DNA of 64,000 nt from Octopus bimaculoides (Eukaryota): contig NC_068981.1 in NCBI RefSeq assembly GCF_001194135.2, positions 128,366,714 to 128,430,713 of the forward strand, written 5' to 3'. Below are positions 14,440 to 27,755 of this stretch, piece after piece. Position 1 is the stretch's first letter, and every line of letters starts with the position of its first letter. A program made the position numbers and the translations under genes. Below the pieces are notes generated by a model, which was not told where the DNA came from, did not search any database, and saw nothing but the letters and a program-made list of their open reading frames with translations.

Positions 14440-14645
14440 TTGGTACAAGGCCAGCAATTTTGTGGGGAGGAAGTAAGTCAATTACATCAACCCCAGTACT
14501 TGACTAGATCATTTTAATGACCCCCCCCCCAAAAGGACGAAAGGCAAAGCTGACCTCAGTTGGATTTGAACTCAGAAAGTAAAGAGACAGAAGAAATGCC
14601 ACTATGCATTCTGTCCAATGCACCAATGATTCTGCCAGCTTCCAG
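14440..14645 (-). mobile_element. tRNA-derived SINE, minus-strand copy of the family best seen at 49454
   Basis: Contains GGCAAAGCTGACCTC..ATTTGAACTCAG, the reverse complement of the SINE B-box/core region. Similar copies near 16520-16700, 31060-31200, 31950-32135, 39835-39965 and 40030-40200. Confidence 0.75.
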
Positions 14646-16716
14646 CTTTGCTTATTATAATCAAGTAATAATCAACAGCAAATTTAATAGTGCTATTAGT
14701 AGAGCTAGTAATGCTATATTGTGGTGCTAATTGTAACACATTCAATAGTTGAGTATTTTTATTGTAGCTAATGCATAACTAGTATACGTTTATTGATCCG
14801 CAATAAATGAAAGGCAAAACTGACTTACGTGGGTATTGAACTAAGAATGAAGCACCAAATTAAATAATGCATACCACCATGCTTTTGCCATCTATTATCG
14901 GTACTTAATCAGCATTAATTCTCATATTACAATGTTGGCAAAATTTCTATGCTGGCAATAAGGAGTATTGTTGTTGTTGTTGTTACAGCTATTAGATAGC
15001 CTTGCTAAACTCTACTTGAGTAGAACTGTTATACAGAGTCAACTGATCAAACAAAGCCATGAACAAAAACAAGACAAGACCTTAGCATTTCTACTTAAGG
15101 TCATCTTGGTTTTTACTGAAGGGCATGCAATTTCAAGGTTAAGAACTTAGATATAAAAAATATGCTTCTTTTTGCTTTAAAACTAATGAATGGAGTGATT
15201 TAGCTACATTAACTAGGTCTGAATGAATGTGTAGAAACTTCTTTGGTGAATTAATATAGTACAACATTATACTTGGTGTATAATGCTGTATTATAATACT
15301 GGAAGCAGAGTTATATCTAGTACAGTAGTACTGAAATAGAGCTGCTTCTGCAATGCTAGTATAGTGCAGTGGAGCATTTGTGTGTCTTAATATATGAGGG
15401 TGTTTGTATGAGACATGAGATTGTATGAGAAATAGAGAAGTGAAGGAGAGAATGCTTAAGTGAAGTGTACAAGCGCATGTGGACAAAAAAGCATCTTCAT
15501 TGGTTCAATGAGTTGTTTTGTTTTAAATCATTCTGCTGCCTCCATCAATATCTCATCTACCGCTCTAACTACCACTATTACCATCACAACCACCAACACC
15601 AGAGCTAAAAATTAAAACAAATTTGTTACCATCACTAAGACCACAACAATTTCAAATACTTTCTGCATACCAACAACAGCAATGATACTTCATAACAGAA
15701 AACCAAGGGGGGAATGTGAAGACAAGCTAAATCTATGTTACCATCTTAGATTAATTGTCGTCAATCTTGGAAACCAGAATAGAAAGTGAAAGTCTGACCT
15801 TTAAATGTAAAGTGTTACAAAACTTTGTTGGGTTCCTGTGACAAGCAAGAAATATTAGTTACAATCTTATTCTGACATTTTAAAAACTTGACAACAGGAA
15901 CAACATCTGACCAGTATTCAATGGCATTTCTAAATATAATACGATATTGAAGAAAATATAAACAATGCTAATTTGGAATTCATAGCAAAAATATGTAGTT
16001 TGAAGTAAAAATGGTTAGTTCTGTAAAAGAAAATATTAGCTACTTTTTAAATTTCTAACATAGGCACAAGGCCAGAAATCTGAGGGGAGGAGGTTAATTG
16101 ATTAAATCAACTCCAGTATATGACTGGTACTTTATTTAAGGTAAAGTTGACCACTTTAGTGTGATTTTAAAGAGTCAGAAAAAATATAGAGCCAGGCTAC
16201 TAATCCACTGCTCTGGTATGGTAAAATAATAATTTTTAAGATAAGCATGAAGAAATTTGAAGAGATTAAAATAAGGATAGTGATACCATATTATATACTG
16301 AATGAGAATGGTGAGCAGAATTTTATATAAATACATTATACAATGGTGAATAAAGTAGAATATTAAGTAGTGACAGAAATGTTACCAACACCACATGTAA
16401 CTCTATAAATTATTGGTACTTTATTTTATCAACTCCAGGCAAAGCAGAATAGCTGAAAACCTGAGCTAATCCACACTTCTAGTATAAAATAATAATAATA
16501 ATAAAAATAATTCTTTCTACTATAGGCTCAAAGCCTGAAATTTGTGGAAAGGGGGCAGTTGATTACATCAAGCCCAGTGATGAACTGGTCTTATTTTATT
16601 TGATCCTGAAAGGCAAAGTGGACTTCAGCCAGATTTAAACTCAGACAGTAAAGAACCAGAAGAAATGCAGTTAGGCATTTTATCCAGCACACTAACAATT
16701 CTTCCACCTCACCATC

Positions 16717-16931
16717 TTAACCCTCCAGCATTTAAACCAGTCATGTCTGGCCCAAGTATTCCCTTGGCTCAAACCAGACAGATCTGGTTTCTCAAACCTA
16801 CCCTACATCATTCTAAAAATAAACAACAACATCAAAATATTGAAGCTACAAGATAATGCATAATTCATTTAAAACAATATGAAAGAATAAGTATTGCATC
16901 TGACAGTAAAATCTAAATACTAAAGGGTCAA
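16717..16931. mobile_element. MITE with TTAA target site and CCCT..AG termini (piggyBac-like ends)
   Basis: TTAACCCTCCAGCATTTAAACC ... AATACTAAAGGGTCAA. Related copies at about 35310-35506, 46185-46390 and 39700-39795. Confidence 0.6.
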
Positions 16932-18368
16932 TAATATTAGTTGTACTTCACGATAAAATAATGAGGGTACTGGGTAGTGAATTATGCAATCTATATAAGG
17001 GACACCAATTATGATGGTACTGTGTGGTGAAGCACAAAATATGTATGTGCAACCACAGTGATAGTAATATGTGGTGAATACAATTACAACAGCACAATGG
17101 AACTGAGTGACACAAATTAGAATGGTACTATGTGGTGACATACATTACGTATGTTATCATAGTATTGTACTGTGAGATGCACAATCTATATATGCAGTCC
17201 ATTATATTATGATAATATATCAAAATAAATTTGCATATCTGGAAGTGGTAGTGTGGCAAGTCTGATGACAGACAACTAAAGGTGAAAAGGTGACCACCAG
17301 CCAGCAATGGAATCTTTATGCAATTATTTGACTTGCAAGAAAGAGCAACCAAATCTCCTTCATAGTACAGCCTATCACCTTAGAAAAAAAGGATTCATTG
17401 GATAATATAACACAAGGTGCAGTATGCTTCAAATAAAGACAGGATATTCATAGTTGGAATGCATTTTGATCTTGATCAGTGCTGACTTTATCACTGAATT
17501 GATCAGTGCCGACTTGAGGTTAAACATCAATTAAAGAAAGGTTGCAGACAAATAGAAAAAGATAAGAGCTACACTTTTGCCATTGTGCAATAATAATATC
17601 AAATTTCACCAAATCTGAAACATTATATAATTAACCTCACCTTTTATAAGCCTATGTTATGGCCAGTCTATTCACCAATCATAAGAAGCCATATTTCTTT
17701 TACATAGATATCTTTCAACTAGGAATGAACTAACATAAATTTCAACTATCTTATGCTTAGTAGACAATTGATATTTGTATAAATATTTCACCTCAAAGCT
17801 ATTTCCTTTCAAGAATATTATAGAATATGCAGGAGAGAGGATTCCATCAGTAATATTTCACAACATAATTTAATAATAAAACCACTAAAGGTAAGACTAA
17901 CAATTTAATAAATGTATACTGTTTTTAAAAACTACTTGGTCATTGTTTTAGTAATTAGTCATCTAGAATTGCATTTCTTAATTTGGAAACATAAATTTAA
18001 GAAGTGAAAAAACAATAAAGAATGGAAGACAAAAGAAAGACACTGTGTAATGAATAATACACAATGCTAAAGAAAACTGTGATAGTAGAACACCGACTTA
18101 TAAATTGCTATAACTAATATATAACAAGATGGTACATTCCATGAAATAAATGCTCACTGAAAAAAATAGTCAATAAAAAAGCACTGAATCTGAACTCTGG
18201 GATAGCTTAGCATTTATTTGAGGATGTTAAAACAATCCTTGCCTTATTAACAGTAGCAATAATCTCCTTGGCATAAGTGTTGGTTACTATTTAAATAAAC
18301 ATATTTGTTTACTAAAATACATGTAAAATATTGTTTCTTAATTTTGGAAATCATTAGTCTTAATATAT

Positions 18369-18558
18369 TGTATTTGATGGAATATAAGACACACTTTTTT
18401 TCCAAATAAATATCTCAAAAATTCCCCTGGATCCTATATGCAAAGTTGGACACCCCATAAACTAATTTTGTTCACAATGCTCATTTTTCTTGAATATGTG
18501 CTACTGAAATTGAGGTACATCTAAAATGCCCATGTATCTTTTATGCCATCAAATACAG
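18369..18558. mobile_element. pogo/Tigger-type MITE
   Basis: Inverted ends TGTATTTGATGGAATATAAGACAC / GTATCTTTTATGCCATCAAATACAG, about 190 bp, no ORF. Confidence 0.65.
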
Positions 18559-20133
18559 CAATAAAATCATGTTGCCGACAGTCGCATGACAATTTTTAGA
18601 GGGTTGTTTTTTTTTGGGGGGGGGGTACATAGAAACCAAAAGACCAAGGAAGTATAAGCATATCCCTGAAGCAACACAACACAAGATGGCATACCTTACA
18701 AAAGTATCAGAAAATTGTAAATTCATGCTTTAATAATGGAAAACTGATAGTTTGGCTCTTTAACAATCACTCATATTTATTATGAATACCAATTCATTCA
18801 TAATTTGATTTTAATTACTGCTAATTTATCATATTTGATCGTTTTCACTGGAAACCAAGAATCCAATTTTGTATGCTAATTTAATTCACTACATGTACAT
18901 TAATAAGGTATTTAACTTCAAGCTAAGTCACAAGTTGTTAGAAGCTAAAACATGCCATTAAAAGGGAAAACTGTGAAATTTAAATGGATAAACTTAACAC
19001 AGAAGAGAGAAGAATAACTAATGGAAAACATGCTTGAACAACACTGCCAACTGTAATTCCAGTTAAATCTCCTCAGTACAAACAAATTCACTAAACTGTA
19101 TTTTTTATAACAAAATAATCCTTTCCTGTGTCTATTTCTGCAATGAAATGATGTGATGATTATTTAATTTCCCAGACTTTATTCCACATACTAATTTAGT
19201 TCTACTTCAATCAATCTATGCCATTTTGTCAGTACAAAGCTTCTAAAATATTTCCATCATTTCAGATTTCCTTCACACTTATTTTCAATGAATTTGTATT
19301 TACTGAACAAATGATAAAAACTTCAAAAATATGTTAATTAAGAATTAATTATCAGCAAAGGATTTCTCAAGGCTAATAACGTAGTATTCAGTTTTCTAAT
19401 GAGACATCCATGGATATAAAGATTACCTTATGTCAATTAAAGTCTACCTTTAAAAAAAAAAATAATATTTTCATTGATCTCCAGTTTTTAAGATTTAAGT
19501 ATACACACAACCCCCAATCACACACATTTGGATGAGAGTAAGTAAAATCAACAAAACTCAGTCAAATCATTAAGTATAATACAAATTAGACATTAGAATT
19601 AATAGTCTAAAGATGACCTGCATTGTCATCAAATGAATAGGATACAGGAGTGTGCAGCAGTACCATTTTATATATTTATTTATATATTTTCATACATGCT
19701 TGTTTACTTAAATACTTTGTTAGAAAGTCTGTAAAACTGTTTAGTGTTGAGTTGCTCGTGCTTTTTAATGGACTGTAAGACCAGTGAGAAGCAGGTGACA
19801 ATGTTAGCTTTCCTGTTGTGAGGAGGGTATGGTTAAACATCCAGCTTTTGGAATAGTCACTACCAGTATTAGAGTATAACATCAAGATTTGATTGAGTAA
19901 GTATTTAAAAAATAATACACATACACACATACATGTATGTAGATATGTAGGTAGGCATGTATGCATGTAAGTACATATGTGCGTATGTACATACATCATA
20001 GGTGAATTGGAATGTGTAATCCAAGTGTTTAGCTCATGAAGCATTCACACAGATAGTGGCTATCTGAAAGTGGAAAGGTGGGGGGTCTAGGATGTCACCA
20101 CACCAGTATTCAGAAAAGCATCTGTAGAATATA

Positions 20134-21315
20134 CATGGTCTGATCAATAAGTGTCCGAACTGTTGCCATAGTAATGAAGTTAAAGCATGCAGAGTGAAGC
20201 TGCTTAGCACAGATTGATCTTGAACACTGCTGTGCATGCGCACCAAATTTAAACATTCTAGCTCACTTCTACTGTTTACAGCAGTGGTTGGAAGGAACGT
20301 GTGTAGTGTGTAATCATCACATTGACCATGACAGAGAAAGTTGAGCAGAGAATCTGCATCAAAGTTGCAGAAAGTGTATGGAGAGGAGTATATGAGCCAA
20401 AAGAATGTCAATAGTGACAAACATTCTGGGAGACCTGCCAGCAGCAGAACTGAGAAAAACATTGCAGATGTGCATGCAGCTGTGAGGGGAGGTTATCAAA
20501 TCACCATCTGTGAGTTATCAGAAGATCTACAAATTAGTTATGGTTCAGTTCAGTCCATTATTACTGAAGATCTGATGTGTCTGCCAAGTTTGTGCCAAAA
20601 TTGATTTCAGCTGACCAAAATGACACTCGGGTTTCAATTGCACAAGATCTCTTTGATTGTGTTGAGAACAATGAAAACATTTTGAAAACAGTCATAACAG
20701 GTGATGGATCGTGGGTCCAAGGCTATGACCCCAAAACAAAGGCTCAGTCTTTGCAGTGGAAGACTCCCAACCTCCCCAAGACCAAAGCAATGTGAAGACA
20801 CTGTGAACCATTTTCTTCGACTACAAGGGAATTGTTCATCATGAGTATGTTCCACCTGATCAGACAGTAAACAAGAAGTACTACCCTGATGTTTTGCTGC
20901 ATTTGTGGGATGCTATTTGTCGAAAAAGGCCACAATTGCATGCATCTGGTGAGTGGCAATTGCACCATGACAACACACCCGCCCATTTAGCGCAGCTTAT
21001 GCAGCAGTTTTTGGCTAGGCACAGCATTCCCCAGGTCTGACGGACACCATATTCCCCAGATCTCACCCCTTGCGACTTTCTGAAAATCAAATCCTGCTTG
21101 AAAGGTAGATTTCAGGACATCAAGGAAATCAAAGTGAATGTGATGAGACAGTTGCTGATTATCCCAGAAAACAAGCTCCAGGAATCAATGGAAATAGTGC
21201 TGGATTAAGTGTATGGATTCCAAAGGGGACTACTTTGAGGGAGACTAGAAGCCAAATTGGTACATGTAGTTTTGTTTTTATAGCACCAGTCCGGATACTT
21301 ATTGATCAAACCTTG
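20134..21315 (+). mobile_element. Mariner (DD34D-type) transposon, degenerate
   Basis: TA-flanked TIRs (CATGGTCTGATCAATAAGTGTCCGAACTG / CAGTCCGGATACTTATTGATCAAACCTTG). Transposase relics GRPASSRT, ITGDGSWV..YDPKTKAQS, LHHDNTPAH and PYSPDLTPCDF. Confidence 0.92.
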
Positions 21316-21374
21316 TATATAATAAAAGAATATCAAAGAATGAAGTTAGCTAACTTTTTAAGATGTAAGTAAAC

Positions 21375-21432
<58 letters not shown>

Positions 21433-22400
21433 GATGGATATCTGTAGTTGGATAAGAACTCACAACCATGGATCAAAACACTGGACACAATGTTCATCAG
21501 TTCAATTGTGTCTATTGAATGAAGCCAACAATAAAAACACATGTTGAATAGGTTAGAAGAAAGGAATATTTCTTTTACATTTGTTGAAAAGTTACAGCAT
21601 TGCATTTAATGCTGCTTGTAATATTGTTTGCTGTGCCTTTAATATATCTCAGTAATTTTACTCAATGTTAATAAACAAATAACAAGAAATAAACCTTTCA
21701 ATTGCTACTGAGATTATAAATGTATATATATAGCAGATCTGTCAGAACAATCCAGAAACGATAAACAATTTTTTAAAAAAATAACAAAACAAACAAGAGG
21801 ACAGGTTAGAAAGAAGCTTTAAAACAGAAAACCATATTATCCAGAATCTTTGAATGAACGCTCGACAGAGATTAGTTGATGTCACAAATATTTACATAAA
21901 CAGATTCACTTGACCTTTGGGTAAACCTTACATAATGATAGGGAACAGAGCAATGTAGCTACCTGTAATGAATTACAAAGGAAGACCTCTGAATGATATG
22001 CATGCAATCTGCTCACCACAGCAAGAACTGGTATGGAACAATAGCACACAAAACAGGCTCGAGTACATCTCCGGTGTTGTATGGCAGTAGTTTTTGGGGT
22101 GTTAAGTCAGTGAAGCAATTTACAGGGCCATAAAAACAGCTTTCATATTAGGCTGTTTATAATTAAAATAACTATAGATTTAAAAAAGAAAGAAATATCA
22201 AGTACAGGCATGAAGTTATTTTTTAATATCTTTTTCCGGAGTAGGAAAACAAAAGCAACATCAAATTAACACAATCAAAACATTTTCAAAATTCTTAATT
22301 ATTTTTCGAATGTTAATATAAAATTTGTTTTTTGCTTCTGAAGAAGTTATTTTTAGAAAAGACTGAAATTATAATTCTACGCAAATATACATATATATTA

Positions 22401-22443
<43 letters not shown>

Positions 22444-22446
22444 ACA

Positions 22447-22493
<47 letters not shown>

Positions 22494-22949
22494 ACATATA
22501 TGCATCTTTATATGTATGTATAATGTACGTATGTGTGTGTACACACACACATATATCATGGTATTCACAGTATCACGGTATTGACCAGACTATCAGATGT
22601 TACACATCACTAGTCACATTGTTTTAGCCTTTGAATGATGCCACCCTACTGGCTAGGCAAACAGGCCTACATTTTCCTTGATCAGAAGACTATTCTGTTG
22701 GAGGGTTACTAAATTACAACCTGAGTGGACTAGAGCAATATGAAATGAAGTGTTTTGCTCAAAAACACTGTGTTGCCAGTCCAGGAATCAAACCCACAAT
22801 TTAGCAATTGTGAGTGCAACACCCTAACCACAAGGTCATGTGCCTTCACACACACAGAGACACTTATATACACATGTATGTACTTATGTATAGATATACG
22901 TATGTATGTATGTAGTTGAAATTTACAGAAAAACAAAAGACGAAGACAG

Positions 22950-23105
22950 GCATATATAAACAACAAGCAGGTGTATTAGTTTGATGCTCGGGAAGGTGAG
23001 AAAGTTTTTTTACACTTCGAGCCAATGCTCTTCAACAGAAAGGAACATGAGGAAATAAACAGAGAGAAAATAAAAAAAACTTTTGGAGTTAGCAGTCAAT
23101 CATGG
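22950..23105 (-). repeat. Interspersed repeat carrying a degenerate hammerhead-like core (possibly Penelope-derived)
   Basis: Minus strand CTGTTGA-A-GAGC-ATTG-GCTC-GAAGT at 23038-23014. The stem II-like pairing is intact but the core is mutated. Confidence 0.35.
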
Positions 23106-24496
23106 CAACTGTAAGTGTGTGTGTGTGTTTCTCAAGCAAGTTAATTTTAGAACAATTGTACCAAACATTGAATAGTGTAACAATTTAAAAATGATTACAA
23201 CAATACATTTTGTAGAATGGAAGCCTCTAGAATATATAACTTTCCATGACCATAAAATATTCTCTATGAAAATAGATTTCCTCAAAATACAATATTAAAA
23301 CTAATAAAGAAATTCAATATTGGTTGTAAAGTACAATGCTAATCAAATGTTAGAAATATGCAGTATTCACCTGCTGTAATAACTTGTTTACCCAATTTAA
23401 CAGAGCTGTTGGAGCTCTACGGAAAGCTCAACCTTGTCTGATTTTTTTATTCAAATTAAGAGAAATTTTCAAAAAACTTTTTTTTTCATATCATGGTATT
23501 TTATATACATTTTTAAAGACTATTTAAAAAAATAAATGTTTTAAAATTTTATACAGCTTGATTTATCACAAAGTGGACTGAATGAGAAATGTTTCATGAA
23601 ATAATAAAAAATGTCATCGTAGAAGATTCTACAATGAGCAAACTCTGGCAGAGTTTGCTCAGAGATGGTAGGAGAGATAAAAAGACAAATAAATTTATAA
23701 CAGTATTAGAAGAGATTTTGTTAAGACAGTTGGCTAAGTCTACAGAATGTTTTAAACTTAGAAACAAAGTGCCTTATCTTCAAAATTACCTTCACTTAAT
23801 CTGTCATAGTGCAATTCAGAACAGAAAATTAAAATATTTTCAAACTGCAAGTGCTTCAATATTCTTAGAAATATGTAGTCTAAATGTCTGAAAACCCAGC
23901 ATAAAGGAAAAGATTTTGTATGGTTTTGAGATAAAATATGCTCCTAAAGGTAATCAAGAAATGAAATTATCAATTTAAAGAAAGAACATTAACAATATAT
24001 ATATGTATATACTGAAACAATCAATTCAAAACTGTCTACAGCTTTGTAAAATATAACAATGGGTGGTGTAGACAATTATTTTTGTAGACTCAACCATATT
24101 AAAATGATAAAATATTCAAATACCTTTGTACAACATTCAACTATAGACATAGTATTGAAGAACAGAACCAATAAGTTTATACAACCAAAATTTAAATGTT
24201 ATGCGTATATTACTACTGATACTATTTCTCTCTCTCTCTTTTTCTCTCTCTCCACACACACATACATACATATATATATATATATTTAGGAAGTCAATAG
24301 TTATGGCTGGTCAGACAGTAACCATTGGTTTCACACCTATAAAGCACTTAGTTGTGTAGATGACTCATGAGACTCAAATGGGCATTTGAGTCTGGTGCAT
24401 CACCTATATGGCTAAGCACTCTGACCAGCTATAACAAAAATATATTACTGCTCTAATGTTTTAGAGTGTGCTTCTTTTTGGGATATATGAACTACT

Positions 24497-24534
<38 letters not shown>

Positions 24535-24572
24535 TCACACATGGATGTATATAGGGTAGAGAGAGGGATGCA

Positions 24573-24636
<64 letters not shown>

Positions 24637-24898
24637 TATACATATGTGTACATATACATAAAGGGAGGGAGAGAGAGAGATACATACATGTGTTAATACA
24701 TATGTACATATGCAAACACATTCATAAACACACATATATACACTACAAATACCCATTCAGCAATATCATTATTAACATATATAACGACTAACGCTTTCAT
24801 TATCTCGATTTAACGGCATATATGAAGAAAGCTAATATAAATGTTAATTTAAGGTTATTATTTTAAAATTAATTAAAGAATAACAACACAACACTTAC

Positions 24899-24959
24899 TG
24901 ATAGGGAGACTCAATACTGAGAGTAGAGTCAAACTTAGACTCAAAGAAAGCTTACAAAT
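24899..24959 (-). CDS. Candidate exon G of the minus-strand host gene (ICKLSLSLSLTLLSVLSLPI)
   Basis: Acceptor tttctgtttctgccag, donor gtaagt. Open only in phase 0, which is compatible with exon F. Low-complexity translation, so it may not be coding. Confidence 0.3.
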
Positions 24960-25656
24960 CTGGCAGAAACAGAAATATCCCAGAAATAACTTTAAACACG
25001 CAACTTCAGGACAGATTTTTATCATAAAGCTAGCAGAAGATAATAGTATATGGTCTTTACGATGTTGAGATTACAGTTTAGAAACCATACAATATGATTT
25101 ATGTAAGGCTTAACAGATTATACATTGGAAACAGTAATTTTATTCACATAGGAAGCATCTGAATATTTCAATAAAAGAATCAATCAAATATTCCAGAAAA
25201 GATATTAAAAGCAAAGTAAAATATCAATATTGATATTAAGTGCCAAAAAATAGGGCAACTGATCAAAAATATTTCATTTCTAAATTATTATAAACTGTCA
25301 ACAAATATTGGATTTACAAGTGATATCAAATATTGAGCTGTTCTTTTTATTCAGTTAGTTTTTGTCATGTTTTGTTATTATTTAATAATTTGATAATTGT
25401 AATGAATATAAAAAAAGTTTTGTATACTAGATTGAAAGAATATTTAAATATTCATGTGGCAAGATATGAATAGGAAAGAGATTATTTCCCACTGCAAAGA
25501 TGCATTTCATTTAACAAGTCTGTCAGCTACAGCTTGACAAGAAACTCTTTTATCAAAGGAATCTGTCAAATAATTACAAAAGCAAAACAAAATGAAACAA
25601 AAGGAAAGAAAACAATAATCCTCTGAAGACAAACATGAGCAAGCAACAGGCCATAC

Positions 25657-25718
25657 CTGCGTATAATTTGTACAGCAAACCACAATGGACATTGTTGCAA
25701 TGTCAATATATATCATTC
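25657..25718 (-). CDS. Candidate exon F of the host gene (GMIYIDIATMSIVVCCTNYTQ)
   Basis: cag acceptor (weak pyrimidine tract) and CAG|gtatgg donor. Phase 1 to phase 0 fits between exons E and G. Confidence 0.35.
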
Positions 25719-25896
25719 CTGACAGTTATTCTCATAGTAACACAATCATTGCAACTTTAAGAAGCACAAATGTAGGCATGTGGAAAGATAGAGTGATTGT
25801 GTGGAGATGAGAAGGAAGGGGAAAAATAATTTGATGTCAACACTAATGAAGTTATAGCAACATGAAGAAGTATAAGGAATACATGTATTCAGGGCA

Positions 25897-25904
25897 TGAT
25901 AATG

Positions 25905-25935
<31 letters not shown>

Positions 25936-25940
25936 CAACA
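25897..25940. repeat. (AAT)n/(AAC)n microsatellite
   Basis: Directly visible. Confidence 0.95.
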
Positions 25941-27544
25941 CAGTATATTATAATATGCCATTTGTTTGATTCAATGAATAAACCAAGATAACATCAAACT
26001 ACAACAAAAGAAAATATTACAAAGATATTCATTTGATTTCAATGAAGTAATTAACATAACAAAACGTAAAACCAAAGCTTCACCAACTAACACTGTAATT
26101 AGCTGGAATAGCGGAATAATTTTGTTGATAAGGATTGTGTAGTTTTAATATGTTGAGTTAAATATTTTGCCTAAGAAACGAATACATCTACGGCTAAAAT
26201 ATAAATACACAACCATGAATCAAGACTGACAGCTTTTTCATTAAGTCATTGTGTTTTTTGAGCAACTCCAACAATAAACAAACTAACAGAGGTGGAGTAA
26301 GTTAGTAGGAGGTGATATTTTCAATGCTGCTTGCAATATTGTTTGGTGTATTTTTAATATATCAATCACTTCCCAAGATGTTCTTAAAAAAAAAATAAAT
26401 GAAACCAAACTTTTACAATTGCTGAAATTTAATAATACAGAAACAGCTCAAATCAACAGAAAAGGATAAACTATAATTTATGAAAACAAAGTAAAAACAT
26501 TCTAAGAAATTCTGATGCTATTGCTATTTCGCAGTTCTTCCCCCACAAACTATGCTTTCTATCTTCTATATGTAAAATAGACAAACAGTTTTAGATAGAA
26601 TAAGACAGAATAAGAAACTTGATTACTATCAAATAAAAGTATACACCCTAAAACCTTACTTGGCCTTCACTATCTAAAATTATCATGCATGCTAACATTC
26701 CAGCAAATGAGAATAAACTAATGTAATTCACATTTTTGTTCAAATTGTTGTTTATTTCTGTTGGTTCATTTCTTTCTGTGTAAATAAATGTTGTCTTTCC
26801 ATAAATGAAATACAGTACAGAGTAATTTCTTTTCCTAAAGGAAAATACTCGGTGATAAAATACAGTTTATAAAATACGGCTTTCAATTACACATACACCA
26901 AAATATTTATAATGCAAAAAAAAACACACATTATTGTCATCAAGTTGAATAACAAAAACAATCTAAATAACAATGAAATTTAATATTGTTAATGGTTTCT
27001 CTTCTCTTCAATCGAAACGTATAGAAAATTCCATCAACAAATAAAATCAACAGAGCAGGGGAAGGATTGCCAATGATAACTATCATGGTTCAAAAAACCC
27101 AACACACACACACAAATGGAAGAAAGAGTACTCAATACCTGAGGTAGAGTGTATAATTTATTAAGTCAGCAAAATATGTTTCAACCATCCAGCTTGCAAA
27201 TTCTCCTCTGGAGTTTGAAAGCTGAATATCTCAAACACTTTTTTGTTTGTTTGTTTGTTTCCTTTTGGTTGAATTCCATTGCCTTTTGTGAGTATTTTTT
27301 TGTAAGACATCATCCTGTCGTCTACATTCAGGCGCAACACACATCTCTGTGCACAAAGAGCTGGAACAAATACTACAAAGCATTTTCACCAATGTTCTAA
27401 CAAGTCTACCACTCCGCTGCCCAAAACTTTACCAATAAGAACGTGGAAGGCAAAGCTGACCTCAGACAGACTTGAAACCAGAACATAGAGAACTGGAACA
27501 AATATCACAAGACATTTTATTTGATACTCAACTCTATCAATTCA

Positions 27545-27603
<59 letters not shown>

Positions 27604-27755
27604 CCAGAGTAAGCACATAAAATGTGCAACAAGGTGGAAAAAAGAGTACTCAAATACTAGAGGTAGAGTAATATGCTTTATTTAAAAGCAGCAGTTAGAA
27701 AAACAAAACTGTCCGATGAACGGAAACATGAAACTCCAAGTAACAGTCTTTTGTT

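Noticed and set aside
23589-23891. 100-aa plus-strand ORF
   Set aside because: No splice context or recognisable motifs; its length is within chance for this composition.
27660-27755. Repeat that may continue into a Penelope-type hammerhead
   Set aside because: The relevant sequence would fall inside the N gap, so it cannot be supported.
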